NCBI RefSeq assembly: GCF_009834535.1
Contig: NC_045696.1
Location: forward strand, 43,340,001 to 43,404,000
Direction: 5' to 3'
Length of the DNA: 64,000 nt
Origin: Camelus ferus
Lineage: Eukaryota
Each line of letters begins with the position of its first letter. Position 1 is the stretch's first letter. Shown in pieces: positions 49,490 through 63,025 of this stretch. Position numbers and translations under genes: made by a program. The notes below the pieces were generated by a model. That model saw nothing but the letters and a program-made list of their open reading frames with translations, did not search any database and had not been told where the DNA came from.

Positions 49490-50565
49490 CCAATTGGGAA
49501 AACAGCTTGAGCATTTCTAATAAAGTTAATCAAACACTTACCATAAGAAATAATAATCCCATTCATAGAAATTTACCCAAACAAAGTAAAAGTTATGTTT
49601 CTCAAAAACTGATATGAAAGTGTTTACGGAGGCTTTATTCATATTTACCCGAAACTAGAAACAACCCAAATGCCCCTTGAAAAGGACCAGAATAAGTGAC
49701 CCCAAGGTATGCCACTTTGGCATGTGGATTATTTTGAGCTGAAGGCAAGTAAGACTCAGCAGATTCAAAAAACAAAACAAAACAGAGTACAACAAAATTT
49801 TATGTCTACCTTAGCTATATAAGAGAATATAAATAGGGGCCCTGGCTCTCTCAGTGGGAGACCTATTACCAGAGATAACTTTTATCTGAATGACCTATCT
49901 GTATGGCAGGGCAAACATCTAATTACCAGACATCTCTTGTTGTCCTGCATATTACCTCTCTCCCCTTTGAAGACCCAGGTCCTTAAACTATTTTGTAGCT
50001 CAGAATATCATATAAGCCTCAATTGCCCACCTTGCTCATATTCTTCTGAGGCTCCTTTACATACATAATTAAATATTTTGTTCACCTGCTAAACTATCTT
50101 GTGGCAATTTAATTAATGGAGCAGCCGAAAGAACCTAGGAGGGTAGAAGAAAAACTTTTTGTTCCCAATATTCTCATTAAGAAAGGATAAACAAACTGTG
50201 TTACATCCATTCAAAGAATTCTACTCAGCAATACAATAGTAGCAGTCTAGTGATTTGTGCAATAATATGAATAAAATTTAACTAAACTATGCTAGGTGTA
50301 AGAAGCCAAATTTAAAAAATTAGAACTGCGTGATTCCATTTATATGACACGTTGCAAAGGCAAAACTATAGGTATCAGTAGTTTCCAAAGCTGGGGATAG
50401 GATGAATGATTGATTACACAGTGACACATAGAATTTTCAAGTTGATGAAACTGTTGTATATCTTTATTACAATAATAATCATAAACATTATTTATATGTT
50501 TGTCAATACTCAAAGAATTGTACACTAAAAGAGCTGAATTTTACTGAATGTAAATTATGTCCAAT
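49490..50565 (+). mobile_element. Old L1 3' end (L1MC/L1MD-like), split by an LTR
   Basis: AAACTAGAAACAACCCAAATG | GGATAAACAAACTGTG; TGATTCCATTTATATGAC..AAAGGCAAAACTATAG; TACACTAAAAGAGCTGAATTTTACTG. Confidence 0.8.
49678..50170 (+). mobile_element. MER34-like ERV1 solo LTR
   Basis: GGACCAGAATA..CCCCAAGGTATGCCACTTTGGCATGTGGATTATTTTGAGCTGAAGGCAA; end CAGCCGAAAGAACCTAGGAGGGTAGAAG. Confidence 0.85.
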
Positions 50566-52589
50566 TTTTTTCCTAGGCCCAATTTTTAAAAAATAAAAAA
50601 AAAAATTAGAAACAAAATGTTTCTACATAAGTAGTAGGTACACTACATGAAATATTCCATTTATTTATAAGGTAAATGAAACTAGATCTGCATGAGAAGC
50701 AGTGAAAATATAGAAAGTAAATAATATGCTACTTTTATATAATAAAAATAACAACCACAACCAAGATATAACTTTGTTTTGAAAAAAATAAAGACAGTGA
50801 TGTTTACTAAGGCACACACAATAAGAAACTTAAAGTCTATTAAAAAGTTTATTTAGCTCTACTTCTAAATATGACTTATTTATGGATACAAGAATCAGTT
50901 CTATTGGCGGAAATAAAGAAGGAGGCAGAAGCAGAGAAGAGGAGGAAAAAAGTAAAAGGAGAAGAAATGGAATCGTAGTATCAAGAAGAGGAGGAACAGT
51001 GGGAATATCTGAACATTCCTAAATTATTGAACATGTTTTAGAATATTAATAATAGAAATAAGAAAAAAAGATATGAGTAAAAGAAAGCATGACTAAACTA
51101 GACTGGCATGTTTTCAAAAGCAGTGAGCCCAAAGGTTAATAACAATTACAAAAAGGAGGAGGTCGTGTTTTCTACTGCAGTCTAAATTTCTATAAGGACT
51201 ACGATGAAACCTATACAAAAAAGATGCAGTTGTAACTTCTTTGCTATTTGAGTCCAAATTATGGATTCAGTTCTATCCATTTAAAGTTTCATATTGTTCA
51301 CTAATAATTATTCTAGAATTGTGACCAGTAAAAACAATGAAAATTACTGTCTATAATGGTCAGCAGCATTTCCATCTTTTTTGATGGTTTGAGCACTCCC
51401 CAAAGCTGCTCATTTATTATAAACAGATGAATAAAACCTTGTCTCCAACTGTGGAGAAGCAGCAAACACATTTTGGATTCTACCTTTTCCTGTTTTATCT
51501 TTAAGAGTCTGACACCTAAAAGAAACAAAAGTTGCTATGCCTATTTCCTCCCGTCCTATATATTACCAACATAATCACACCCATTAACATTCCTGCTTTG
51601 TATTTCCCTGACAAATAGTAAAGAGAACCTTCCTTAATTAATTTTTAATAAATAACCAGTCCTTTCTATTTGCTAACTAATTTCATGATTCTTTCTATAT
51701 TAGTTCTAGAAATAGTTTAAGAGATCACCTTCTCTTATTTCATTTGAGGTACAGAGAAGCAAAATTTAAAAATTAAGTAGTTTATTCAAGAGTTGGTAGA
51801 TAATCCATGTTAGTGAGTATAAATTTACCACTAGGAATTTTCTCTGCATCTGTCAGAGTGTGGCCACAGAGTTTTACCACATGTATGTGGTCACAATGAA
51901 TGCCCCACGCTTGTGCTCTAACTCAATAGAATGAATCCACTGCTGGAAATGTGAGGCCAGATGGAAAGAGAAGGTGGTTGTAACAAGGTGGAGAAGATAC
52001 AGCGTCAGTAATTTCTTACATAACTTATCAAATTCCCAGCTGTCTAAGGAATGAACTCAAGTGGGTCAACATAATACGATACGTGAGCTGAAGACAGCAG
52101 TACAGTGATTCTGTGGCAATCTCACTGTTGGATTCAGGGCACGAATTTGTATGCCCACCCTCCTTTTCTGTGACGTAAGATCAGTATTCCTTTGTTCTTC
52201 TTTTTCCTCCATCTTTAAACCAGATGGAAAGACCCTTGAACTTTCACAAGCAACTATTGAGAGACTGAAGGCACCTGGCATTTTCAATTAATTCCTAGAA
52301 ACTGGATCGACATTCTGCAGACCATCAGAGGATAAGATTGCTAAGACAGCACATTGTGTGAGGATACTAGTGCTTCTAGTGGGTTGAAAAAAAATTCTTG
52401 AAACATTCAAATTGACCTTCTAGTTGCAAGTTTATACATGCTTTTGTCAAAGGTATTTAATTTTCATAGAACTTAATACAATTATTGAGTTATACTTTTA
52501 AACTTATAGCTGTACTCACAATAGATTTGCCTGGACTCTGTCTATCTTAATCCTTTTTGCTTTGAAATTATAACCTGTGTTTCTGGACC

Positions 52590-52790
52590 TTACATTTTCT
52601 GTCTTGGACTTTTCTTCATGCCCATCTTGAGAAAATTAGTTGACTCTAAGTCTTAAATTCCTTATTTAGAATGTGAGGGTGATTATACCCATTACATACA
52701 GAATTGTTGTGAAGAAATTGTTGTTAATGAAAGAAATGTATGAAGGTCTTAGCATAACGTCTAGCACATATTTAATACCTAATACGTTTT
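52590..52790 (+). mobile_element. MIR SINE (diverged)
   Basis: CTCTAAGTCTTAAATTCCTTATTTAGAATG..AGAATTGTTGTGAAG..ATGTATGAAGGTCTTAGCATAACGTCTAGCACATA. Confidence 0.6.
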
Positions 52791-55431
52791 ACCTCCCATA
52801 ATTATGTCTTAGTTCTTTCTGGCATTCAGCCCCCAGCATAGTGCCTAACATATACTAGGTCCTGATTTAATGTGTACTGAGTAAATGAATATATCTTTGA
52901 AATATTTCTCCCAACAGTAAGTCTTACGTAATTTCTAAAAATAGTTCTTTCATGTGGCAAACTCCTTTTGTGATGAATCCTAAGCAAAATTATCTGTTGA
53001 CAGTCTTTCAGAATAGGAACATTGTTCTAGAATTATTTCCATTATAACAGTGTAATAGTTTGGTTAGACATCCCATCATATAATTGCTTACCTCAAAAGA
53101 ATTCCAAAGGAGTGGAATCTCAAAAGATAATAAACTCCATAGGAAAACATACTATAAATATGTATCTATATATGTGTGTGTTCATGTTTGTGTGTTCCCT
53201 TTGCACAAAATATTATGTGATCTGGCTTAAATGTCATTATTTTTAGCAATTTCTTGTTTGGAAATCACAAAGTGTCATCTTTATCACACTATCTAAATGT
53301 TACTGTTTTTTTTAAGTTAATTTTTTGGGATCTTCCCATTGTATGTTTGCTTTGGCCAACTGCCAGGTTTGTTTTTATTGCTTTTAAAAGCCTGTTTGGC
53401 ATATGTCCATGCTTGGAGTTTTAGTTCCGTTGAAATAATGTATTCACAGTGTTATGTGCTTATTTGAATTCTACTATAACATGACAATCTGTATCTTTAT
53501 TTCTTTTAAGTAAAGCATATTTTTTACTTCCTACAGTCTATTAGATTTTAGCCAACTTGTTTGAAATTGTAACTCTCAATTTAATTGCTATTTTTGGTTG
53601 TTGTTTTGTTTGTTTTCTCACCATGGAATAAGACATGTGTATTGATGGAACTGCAATTGAGAACATTTATCGTTCATTCTCATTTCTCTCTTCTAACTGA
53701 TGTAATTATACACTCACTAAAATTAGAACAAAAAATCCATAACGTTTCCATTTTATGTTCTATTCAGAAATACTTCATTTCTAGCATGTATATTACTAAT
53801 TATAACATAAACTACTTATCTCTTTGGTATTATGACCTTTAAAAAGGGATATGAGATAAGATTATGTTTAAACTGTGATAGAGGTAACCATTTTAATCAT
53901 CCACAGTGACTAGCCATCAGGTACTTCAAAAAAATGTAATATTAAATTAAAAACCTACTTTAAGATACATGAGAAGTCTAAATTTTATTTGCACAACTAT
54001 AACAAATAACTTTTTAAAAGGTTGTATAGTCCAAGAATTCTTTTTCCCTGCCTAAAATCCTATCCTACAAGAAAAGTAAGCAGACAAAAGGTAAAAGTCC
54101 TTTTGTTGCCATCTCAATTTGCTGCACAAGGTTCACTCATCTCGCATTAAGGGAGTTACACAAATTAAGCCTGATTGTGGTGTGTTAGTCTTATAATTAG
54201 TACTTTCTAAAGCTATTCACAGGAGCCAACCATCTAGTGTTCTTAGTCACATCTGATCTACAAAGCAAGAAATTTGCATGTGGTAAATGGCAGCACTTTC
54301 CAAAAGGCAGTTAATCATTAAAGGGGAAAAAGCCTCTTGGCATTTATTGTTCATAGCATGAGGGAAAGGCATTAATATGTCTGTAATTTTCAATTCCAAA
54401 AGAATTTCTTCACAGTTTAAGATAGATTAATGCCCGAATGCCATTAAGTGTTTCTATACCTTTCTGTTAAAGACAAGAGTTTTTATTATACAAACTGATG
54501 AAATTTTGATGCCTAAAATACAAGTCAGGTAACGTTTTGAGGTATAAATAGGCTATCGATGACTTAAAACCACGGCTTTGTTTTGCTCCAGCAAAACAGG
54601 AGAATTTCTATGCTGGTGACTTTAGGCTACTAACTAAAAAGTTCATTGACAGGTCGTCTGTAGCGCCCTCTGCCTCTAGTTACCTAAGCAGAAATGGTCA
54701 CCATGGAGGACTTTAATCTTTGTTAGGAGAGGAAAGGCCCTTCTAGCAGCCCTGACAAGCAATCCTGTGTCAATGGCAGGAACTGAAACAAACGGGAGCC
54801 TCATCCTCAACCTAGCTATTACCCATGAATAACACCTAGGGCATCAGGCAATCTGTATTAAAGCAGACAAGGCGATTGTTAGCCCATTGACTTGTAAAAT
54901 TAAAGTGGTAAAAGATGAGAGCATGAATACACACTGTAATTCGAAGAAGTAAGTGCCTCTGTGACAATAAGTGATATCTTGAGACAAAAATGGATCAGAT
55001 TAATTTTTTACTTTGCAAAAATTTCAGAGTTTGGGTCATTTTCAATTGTGCTATTATCAAGTCAAATCATTTTTGTTTTTTCTCCTCTCCTTTCTGCTTA
55101 TTCTCCTTTACCACCTCCTTCACCACCTCTTTCTTTTCAGTATCTTTCATTATTCCCAGTTCCTTTCTCCACCCAAATCTCTACATTCATCACTAAGTAA
55201 TATCCCTGGTCGGCTTTTAAGACATGCTGCACTGTAAATCTTATTTATGGGTAAAAATTAAGGACATTTTAATAAATCTTGACCCTAAGTGAACTATGCA
55301 CATATTAAGACTAGGATGGACACAAAGAAAGACAATGGTGGGACAGATTTCCGAGTCACATTACTGTAGCCACTAATCAGCCTTAAAAATAACTACCTTT
55401 TTAAATCAAAATGTCCTTTCTTTAAAAGGCT

Positions 55432-55820
55432 TGTTAAAAACAAAATTCAACTAAGTAAATCTTAAGACTAATTGGCTTTATTAGACAAATCATGCTTTGG
55501 GCAGCATCCCATCTAGCATACAGAAAGAAGTTCAAAAGACTTACACAAAAAGGAAAGATTTTTAAAGACAGAGTGGGGACAAGGAAGTCATAAAGGAAAA
55601 AATAATTATTTCAGGCAAGGTCACCTTCCTTTCGGGGACAGAAGGCTCTATTAGGTGGATTATTTCACTGGTGCTGACCAGGAAACTTTAGACTGACCGG
55701 TTAAGATTACATTCCAAGGAAAGGTTGAAATTGAAATTAGGCTAGGTATTAAGTCTTGATCTGGTGACAGAGGCTTAGGAAAAATTACTCCGCTTGGGGC
55801 CTGTTGATTCTTTTTTAACA
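55432..55820 (-). mobile_element. Complete ERV1-class solo LTR (389 bp) with 4-bp TSD
   Basis: Inverted termini TGTTAAAAA...TTTTTAACA. TSD GGCT at 55428-55431 and 55821-55824. TTTATT near the left end is a poly(A) signal on the minus strand. Confidence 0.85.
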
Positions 55821-57292
55821 GGCTTTTTGTGAAAACGCTTTAAAAGTCTTTAAAAGTCTATTCAAATGTAAGAAGTAATATAAATGCAGTGTTCAGTTAT
55901 TAATACTATTATCAATATACCTCTATTGCTAGCTAGATGCGTGTTTTTCTCCCTTTTAACCATGCTCCATTTACACATTTTTCTACACTATAATTTCAGC
56001 CAATTTGTAAATAAGAGCAATGGAAAGTAGCGTCTGTCTTCTCTTCTATTATCTTTGCCACTATTCAAACACAGAAAGAAATAAAAAATGCAAACTTAGA
56101 ATAAAGTAAGTTTTGGAAGGAGTCTCGGGCTTGGATGCAGAAGTAAAACACTTAATGAGTTTTGTATTTTTGAACATGATATATTCAAACTCTACAACCT
56201 TTAAATTTGTAAAATAGGGATAACTAAACTGCTGTTGTATAGATAACATATGATGATTTTTAAACTGTTTTAGACACATAGGAGGTGCTGTGTAAATATC
56301 AGTCAAACATGAACCAATCAATAATATTTATATTTTAAATGCAATACAAATCTATACCTATTTTAGACATTTGCCTAGGAAACTTTTGATTATGTTACTA
56401 GACAGATGGCATCCTACAATTTCAAGTCTATTTTCCAAGCATTGAACATACACTTGCTTTCAAAGTGAGTTAACAAATGTAACTTTTTCAGTATTGTAAA
56501 ACACACACACATACACACACCATGCAAGTTTTGAAGTATTACTGTATATGTCTTAAAATTATGTAAAAGAGTAGTTAAACAAAATGTGTAATAAAGATAA
56601 TTTCAACCCGGTTAAGAAATCTAGAAATTTGTATAACATCTAAAGACAAGTACTCTTGGAATTCTTTTTATAATATGAATTATTATCTTGTTTACTTATT
56701 GCTTTTCTTTATACTACAGCATGCTAGCCTGACACGTGTTGTCTTTTTCTTTAGTGGTACTGGGTTTCACAATAAATAACTATTTTTTAAAAAGAAATAC
56801 ATTTATCCTATAATATATTCAAATTATCTTTTAAGGTTTCAATGGAGGCAATACAAGTGTTAAACTTTCTAAAATCTAGATCTTATTGGAACTAAAAAAT
56901 AAAAAGGGAAGGATATTATTAAATTATTATAAATACAGTAGAAAAATCAGCATTTTTTCCTTGAAACTAAGAAAGAATGGCAGTTATATGCTAGATACTG
57001 AGAAAACAATAGTGCCAATATAGTACAACCAGTGTCAAATTAAAGAAAGGATTAGCAGACATTTAACTTACTATAGTGGACAGATGACCGCTATTTTGAG
57101 AGGTAAGTAAAATGTGGTAAAAGAAACTCACTGGGACTCTTAACTAGGGAAAGGCCAGGGTTCACATGTAAGGAAGCCTGGTTGTATCATGCCTGTTACC
57201 CACAGCGTCTGAGACCACATCAAGAATATGTGACTCTCCTGTGCTGAGCTTGAGGCCACCATCACTTTATATTGGCACAAAGAGCTTGAAAC

Positions 57293-57578
57293 CTGCGCTG
57301 CAAGCCATTTGTTCCTATTTAGTACTTGAAATGTGACTAGTCAAAATACTCTATTTCAAAGACTTAGAATGCAAAAAGAATTTAAAACATCTCAATAATT
57401 TTTATATCAACTGCATTTTGAAATGATAACACTTTGGACATACTGGTTTAGAAAAATATAGCATTAAAATCATTTCACCTGTTTATTCTTGATTTTTTAA
57501 AAGTAGCCACAAGACAATTTAAAACTACATGTGTCACTCTGTCTTGGTGCTCACAGTATATTTCTATTGGAGAGTGCA
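57293..57578 (+). mobile_element. MER33 (hAT-Charlie)
   Basis: ACTTGAAATGTGACTAGTC, TTTCAAAGACTTAG, ATCTCAATAATTTTTATAT, GAAATGATAA, ATTTCACCTGTTT, ATATTTCTATTGGAGAGTGC. Confidence 0.85.
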
Positions 57579-58119
57579 TCTCTAGAAAATGGAAAAAAAA
57601 ACCTGGTAATAATGCCATAATAGTGATTATCTCTTGACAAGGTAGCAACATCAGATACAAGGGGCAGAACAAGGGCACTGCATCCCAGGCAGTGCCAAGC
57701 TGCCCTAGAGATGAAAAGAAGCAAGCATACAATTCTGGCAAAGTAATATGGGTATATTTGAGCATTTCAAAACTCATATGGGTGTTAAAGAGGACAGTAA
57801 GCAACAGAATTTCTGAGAGATTTAATCACAATATCTAATGCTGTATGAGTGTAGAATCTCTTTTATAAGAATGAGAAAATGAAAAGTAATCATAACACAT
57901 ATAAAAAATCACAGTAATTCAAAAGAAGAGACCATGAGGAAGAACCAAATAAAATATCTTCCAACGAAATAAAATCTCAGCATTCACATACAAGAAGATT
58001 CAATAGAATATTGAATTTATATAGCTAAAAAAATGCAGAGACAAAGAGAAAAAAAACAGGGCAGATTGTGACAAGACAAAAATATTAAAAACTAGTATGC
58101 CAAGTATAATGGAGTCCTA

Positions 58120-58298
58120 GGAGTTATTAACTTAAGCTTCAGGGCTCCTCCTTTGCAAAGGTCTTTTTCTAGTCCCTAAAAGATGTCTTTAAATTTTGTA
58201 CGTGTGTCTTCATAGTTATTTATTTCTGTATTCTTTTTCTTAAAGAGGATTTCCAATAGTATAAATTTCAGGATTCACAGAGCCTGTCCTAGCCTCCG
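58120..58298 (+). mobile_element. MER53-like hAT MITE
   Basis: CTTAAGCTTCAGGGCTCCTC; TGTATTCTTTTTCTTAAAGAGG; GTATAAATTTCAGG. Confidence 0.7.
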
Positions 58299-60387
58299 GT
58301 ACAGCAAGGAGCTGATGGTATACTGCAGTCACTCATCCACATTTACGTCCCCATAAATATTCACTGAACACTTGATTTGTGCCTGGCATTCCTGGGAAAA
58401 TGTGGTGATCCCATATTTTGCTGACTTTGCCCTAATGTAGCATGCTCTCTAGTTAGAGAAAAAAGATGATAGACCTGTTCTGATTGGATAATGTAGACAG
58501 ACAGACAGTGAAAAAAAGTATTTTCCACCTAATAAATAGGCTTAACTTATTTTTCTTAATTGCCTGGTGTTTAGTTTATTCAATTTGGCTGCCAAGATAC
58601 AGTACACAAATAAGTTAGTCATTCAATTTCTTGGACTATACCAGATGCTAATCTGAAAAATGAATACCCTGGGTGATTTCCATAGTGTGTATATAAGTCT
58701 AAATACACATGCATACACACACACATAAAATATGCATTTTATTATGGAGTTATGGATATTTTAAATTTTCTCCTTTGTACTTTAGAGTATTTTCAATTTT
58801 CTGGAATAAATAGACATTACATTTTAATCAAGTAAAATAAGTATTACTAAAACTGCGTATTTTCCCTATAATGTATAGCAAACATGTTTCTCAAAACCTA
58901 TTTCAGGAATGTCATGAATTTGTGAATATTGCTTGCATTTGTATTGGTGCATAGATAGAATTTCACAGACTATATCACAGTTAAAAATTTGCCAGGATTC
59001 AACAGTGAGCATCACTTGCACTAACAATTTGCCTGGCCACCTGGGAACAATAGATGTTGAGGAATCAGGACAGGGTTGCCTTTCATTTTTTGCTTCTCTA
59101 ATTGACTGTGTAAATGGCTTACTGTCACACTTGTTGATCAAAGTTTCTTTTTGTAACATTATTTACTTTAAGAAGGGAACTTTTACAGAAAACATGAGAG
59201 TAAAAATGTAACTGCAAAAGTAGATGAAATGACACACAAAAGTAGATGAGCGAGTAGGTGCATATACTTTAAGTATTTTCATTTATTTACTAAGTAAAAC
59301 AAAAGGAAGGAGGTAGACTACTGAAGACTGAAGAAGAATTGAACACATGCTTAAGCAACAGGTACTACAAAGCAAAAGACATGTACAAACTTTATTACAT
59401 CAATCGGTGATGATAACAAAAGTAAACAACACTTTGGGAATCATTTATGTTTATTCTTTAGAATCAATGAAGAAAACTAACATGAAAGTAGCGATCAACT
59501 GAAATTGTGTTTCCTCTGACTAATGACTACCAATAACATTACTGCTATATCCAGAGTTCAGAGTTAAATAACTTATGAAGAGGAACAATGTGCTGCCAGG
59601 GTTATTCTTTCTTGTTGAAGTCTCCATATGGTCTGAAGGTAGCCTCCCACACTCCAAATTACCCCTCTTGTTAGCTGCCAAATAGTAGATTTTAGTAGAT
59701 TTTCTCCTACAGAATAAAGTATTTAGATGCTAATATAAGGAAGAGGGTGAAGATAAAACTACTGTCCATATTTAATATATTTAAAAAAATCAAGTACTTG
59801 CTAAGTGGCAGAATAGCAAGAACTCATTTGGAATAAGATTCATATTAGATAAACTTTGAGAAACAAGTGGCCTCAATGTGTCACCAAGGGTGTAATGGAG
59901 GGATGAGATGGGGACCTAAATATATAAATGAGGATAATGGAAAGGGAAGGAGTTTTTATAAATGGGGAAAAAAACTTCAACAAAGCTAAAAGTAAAGGAG
60001 ATTGCTTAGTCTTATAAAAGGAAACTAGAAGTGGATGACTGTTGGCATTAAAATTTACCGGACAGTCTGGTAGAAAATGGAGTCAACTATTTGGAGATCC
60101 TACAAGATGAACCTATAATGAATATGAAAAGGCCATAGTGAAGTAAGTAAATGTTAATATTCAAAATCCAATCTAGGAGTTTGTGCTTACCAGTCCCGTT
60201 CTTTATTATATACTATTTTTTCTTTTTCCCTAGACTTCCACACACATAGCTTGTTCTGCCTGTAGGTAGAGGGAGATTGCTCCTTCCCTCCTTCATGTTT
60301 CTCTGAGTCAATAGTGGTCATGAAAAATGGGATATTAAATCTGCCCATCTTTAGAGGAGAAAAAACCTGACAGCATCAATTCATGCG

Positions 60388-61114
60388 TGTCTCATGCTGG
60401 GTTCTCAAGCAGCAGATGTTGGGACAGAGTTTAGGATGTAAGATGTTTATTAGGGATAAACCTGTAAAGGGAAGAGGAGCCAGCAGGTTGAGCAGAGGAA
60501 AAAGTCAAAGCGCATCACAAGCCCACCAGACACTCAGAGAACTTGGCAACGAGCTCTTGAGCAAGCATTCCTCATGAGAGCATCCCACAGTCTGCAGAAA
60601 TGGGGCCCTTGTGCCAGGGGTCAGCAAACTCTGACCAGCCTGCCACCTGGCTATATATAGCCTGTGAGCTAAGAATATTTTTTCACAGTTTTAAATGGTT
60701 GGAAAAAATCAAAAGAAGATCAATATTTTGTGAAATATAAAAATAATATGAAATTGAAATTTCAATGTTCATAAATACAGTTTTATTGGAACACAGCCAA
60801 GTTTACCCATTATGTATAATCTTTGGCTGCTCTGGGGCTACAAGAACAAAGCTGAGACTATAGCTTGTACAGCCCGGAATATTTACTGTGTGTTCCTTTA
60901 CAGAAAAAGCTTGCACACCCCTTCTTTATTCCTTGCTTAGATGCCTGACTCAGTCACCAAGTGTGAGTTACACTTGGGGAGCCAGATCTCTCTCTGCTGC
61001 TGAGGCAAACCCTTTTAGCTGGCAGCCCAAAATGGTCTTCTGACCTTACTCCAAAGCTGGACTGCAAACTTTTCTGTTGAAAACTTACGGTGACATCTCC
61101 CTATATCTACGACA
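60388..61114 (-). mobile_element. LTR16A-like ERVL LTR, interrupted by MER58B
   Basis: TGTCTCATGCTGGGTTC..GCAGA..GTTTATTAGGGAT..CCTGT..GCAGG..GCAGAGGA; resumes with CAGTCACC..CTGAGGCAAACCC. Confidence 0.65.
60615..60923 (+). mobile_element. MER58B (hAT-Charlie)
   Basis: CAGGGGTCAGCAAACT..GAGCTAAGAAT..TTTTAAATGGTTGGAAAAAATCAAAAGAAG..GTTTTATTGGAACACAGCCA..CTTTACAGAAAAAG..ACCCCT. Confidence 0.9.
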
Positions 61115-62149
61115 ATGCTAATTTTGACTGATCATATATCAAATGAAAGCTACTCAAATTAAAAATTTTCAAATTTAAAATAATATCCTTTTTGGCAGTT
61201 GTTTCATTAGAATATGTGAGCAGTTGTGTTAGGATACTAGGGGAAAAAAAAATCTAAGTATTTTCCATCAAGAAGTTTGTACCTCCCTGGCTATGGTTAA
61301 CATCTGAAAAACATAGAAATCTATTTTACAATTTTACTGCTCCTAGAGAGCTTTATTGAATGAGTGCAAAGGAAGTTATAACAAAAACAAATTACAGTTT
61401 TCACTGTTCCTGGGGTTTCAGCCAATGCATATAGGCTTCTCAACAATTGTTTAACTATTGCATATGATCATGGTGAAAAGAATAAGAGTGTTGAAGGACT
61501 TTTCAAATATCAAGTATCACACTGTTTTTATGTAAGAATTGGCCTCATAAATTATTTCTGAGCCCCAAGAAATATCCAGTTGTTTCAGCTTTTTCTCCGA
61601 GTTTCGTTCTTTCTCATTCCCTTCGATACTTTCATGGCTTTCACTCTAAAGCTTTTTCCTATAATAGACTTTGCTTTTGTCACTATTTTCTCTGAGAAAT
61701 CAGATTCAGTTCTCCCTTTTTTCCCCTTAATTGCCATTTTTGAGTCTAATTGCAGTACATTTCATTAGTTCTTGAAAAACACATGGGCATGGAAGAGGGT
61801 TTTCACTGTTGCTTTAATGGGGAATAATATGCAGACATCTAATAAGCACTGTCCATTTTGAGAACATCTTTGTTAAAGTCCCCATTAGCCCATTTGAAAA
61901 TTGGCCAAAAAGATCACATCAAATTTAAAGGAACAGCTCAGATTTCTGAGATCTCAGATCCTGAGATCTCAAGACAATTATAAGATAAATTTCATTCACA
62001 GACATTATAATTTTAGGCATGCTTATATGTGTATAATTTTATTGACTTTAATGTTTCTACTACTAGATTACAAAGACAATAGTCATACTGTCTTGCTTAC
62101 CACTGTATAACTGGAAAACAGCAGATTCAATAAATATGTGTTGACTTAA

Positions 62150-62660
62150 ACATAAGCTAGAGATATAAAGTTTGGTGTCAATTTGTTTATTGATAATATT
62201 TGAAGTCTTGGAATACATGAAATGGTCTAATGAAAATGCTAAAAAAATAAGCTTGGATAAAATAATTTAAGACAACAATAACAATAACAAGAAAAAAGAT
62301 ACAGAAGGATTTTCCAGAGCAGAAAGGAAATAAGAAGAGTCTATATCAAAAAAAAAAAAAAAAAAGGGAGTGTTAAAACATTTAAGTGTTAAAAAACATT
62401 TAAGAAGTAAATGTTTTTGCTTAATGCTACGGAGACTTAAAGTCACATGGGAATTAGTACACTCCTGAGTAATGTAATGATGTGAAAGTCATTGGTATTT
62501 TTATGTGAGACTTGGTTTAGGAAAGTGGTGGAGACAGAAGACCAACTGGAGTGGGTTCAGGGTTGAGTGGAAGGTGAGGAACAGGTTGCAGAACTGATTA
62601 CAATTCCGAAGTGTGTGGTTAGGAAGGAGAGGCTCAAGGTAAAAAGCTGCTGGAAGGGGA
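62150..62660 (-). mobile_element. L2 fragment
   Basis: CTAGAGATATAAAGTTTGGTGTCA; GTGGTGGAGACAGAAGACCAACTGGAGTGGGTT..GAGTGGAAGGTGAGGAA. Confidence 0.6.
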
Positions 62661-63025
62661 TGATTGGTTAAGAGCCTCTTCTACTGCAGTTTGCATGTAC
62701 CTATCACTTGATCTTCACCTATTAAGAAAATTTATTTCACACTATTCAGCTAGTACATTTGAGCAAATTTTAGCATCTGATTTCAAGTGAACAGAACCTT
62801 CATACAATGACTCACAGGGCCCCATACCAATATTTAAGAAAATTAATGGATGTTTAGGATGGAATTTCCCATGAAATATGCTATTTTTCATCATGCCCTA
62901 GAAAGCACAATTCATTACATAAATGAAAAAAGTTTCATTCTGTTACTACTTAGGCATGAATTTACACTTGTCCTCAGAAGATTATTTCTGTTAAGCTAAT
63001 ATCCATGGAGTATTTTAGAACAGTA

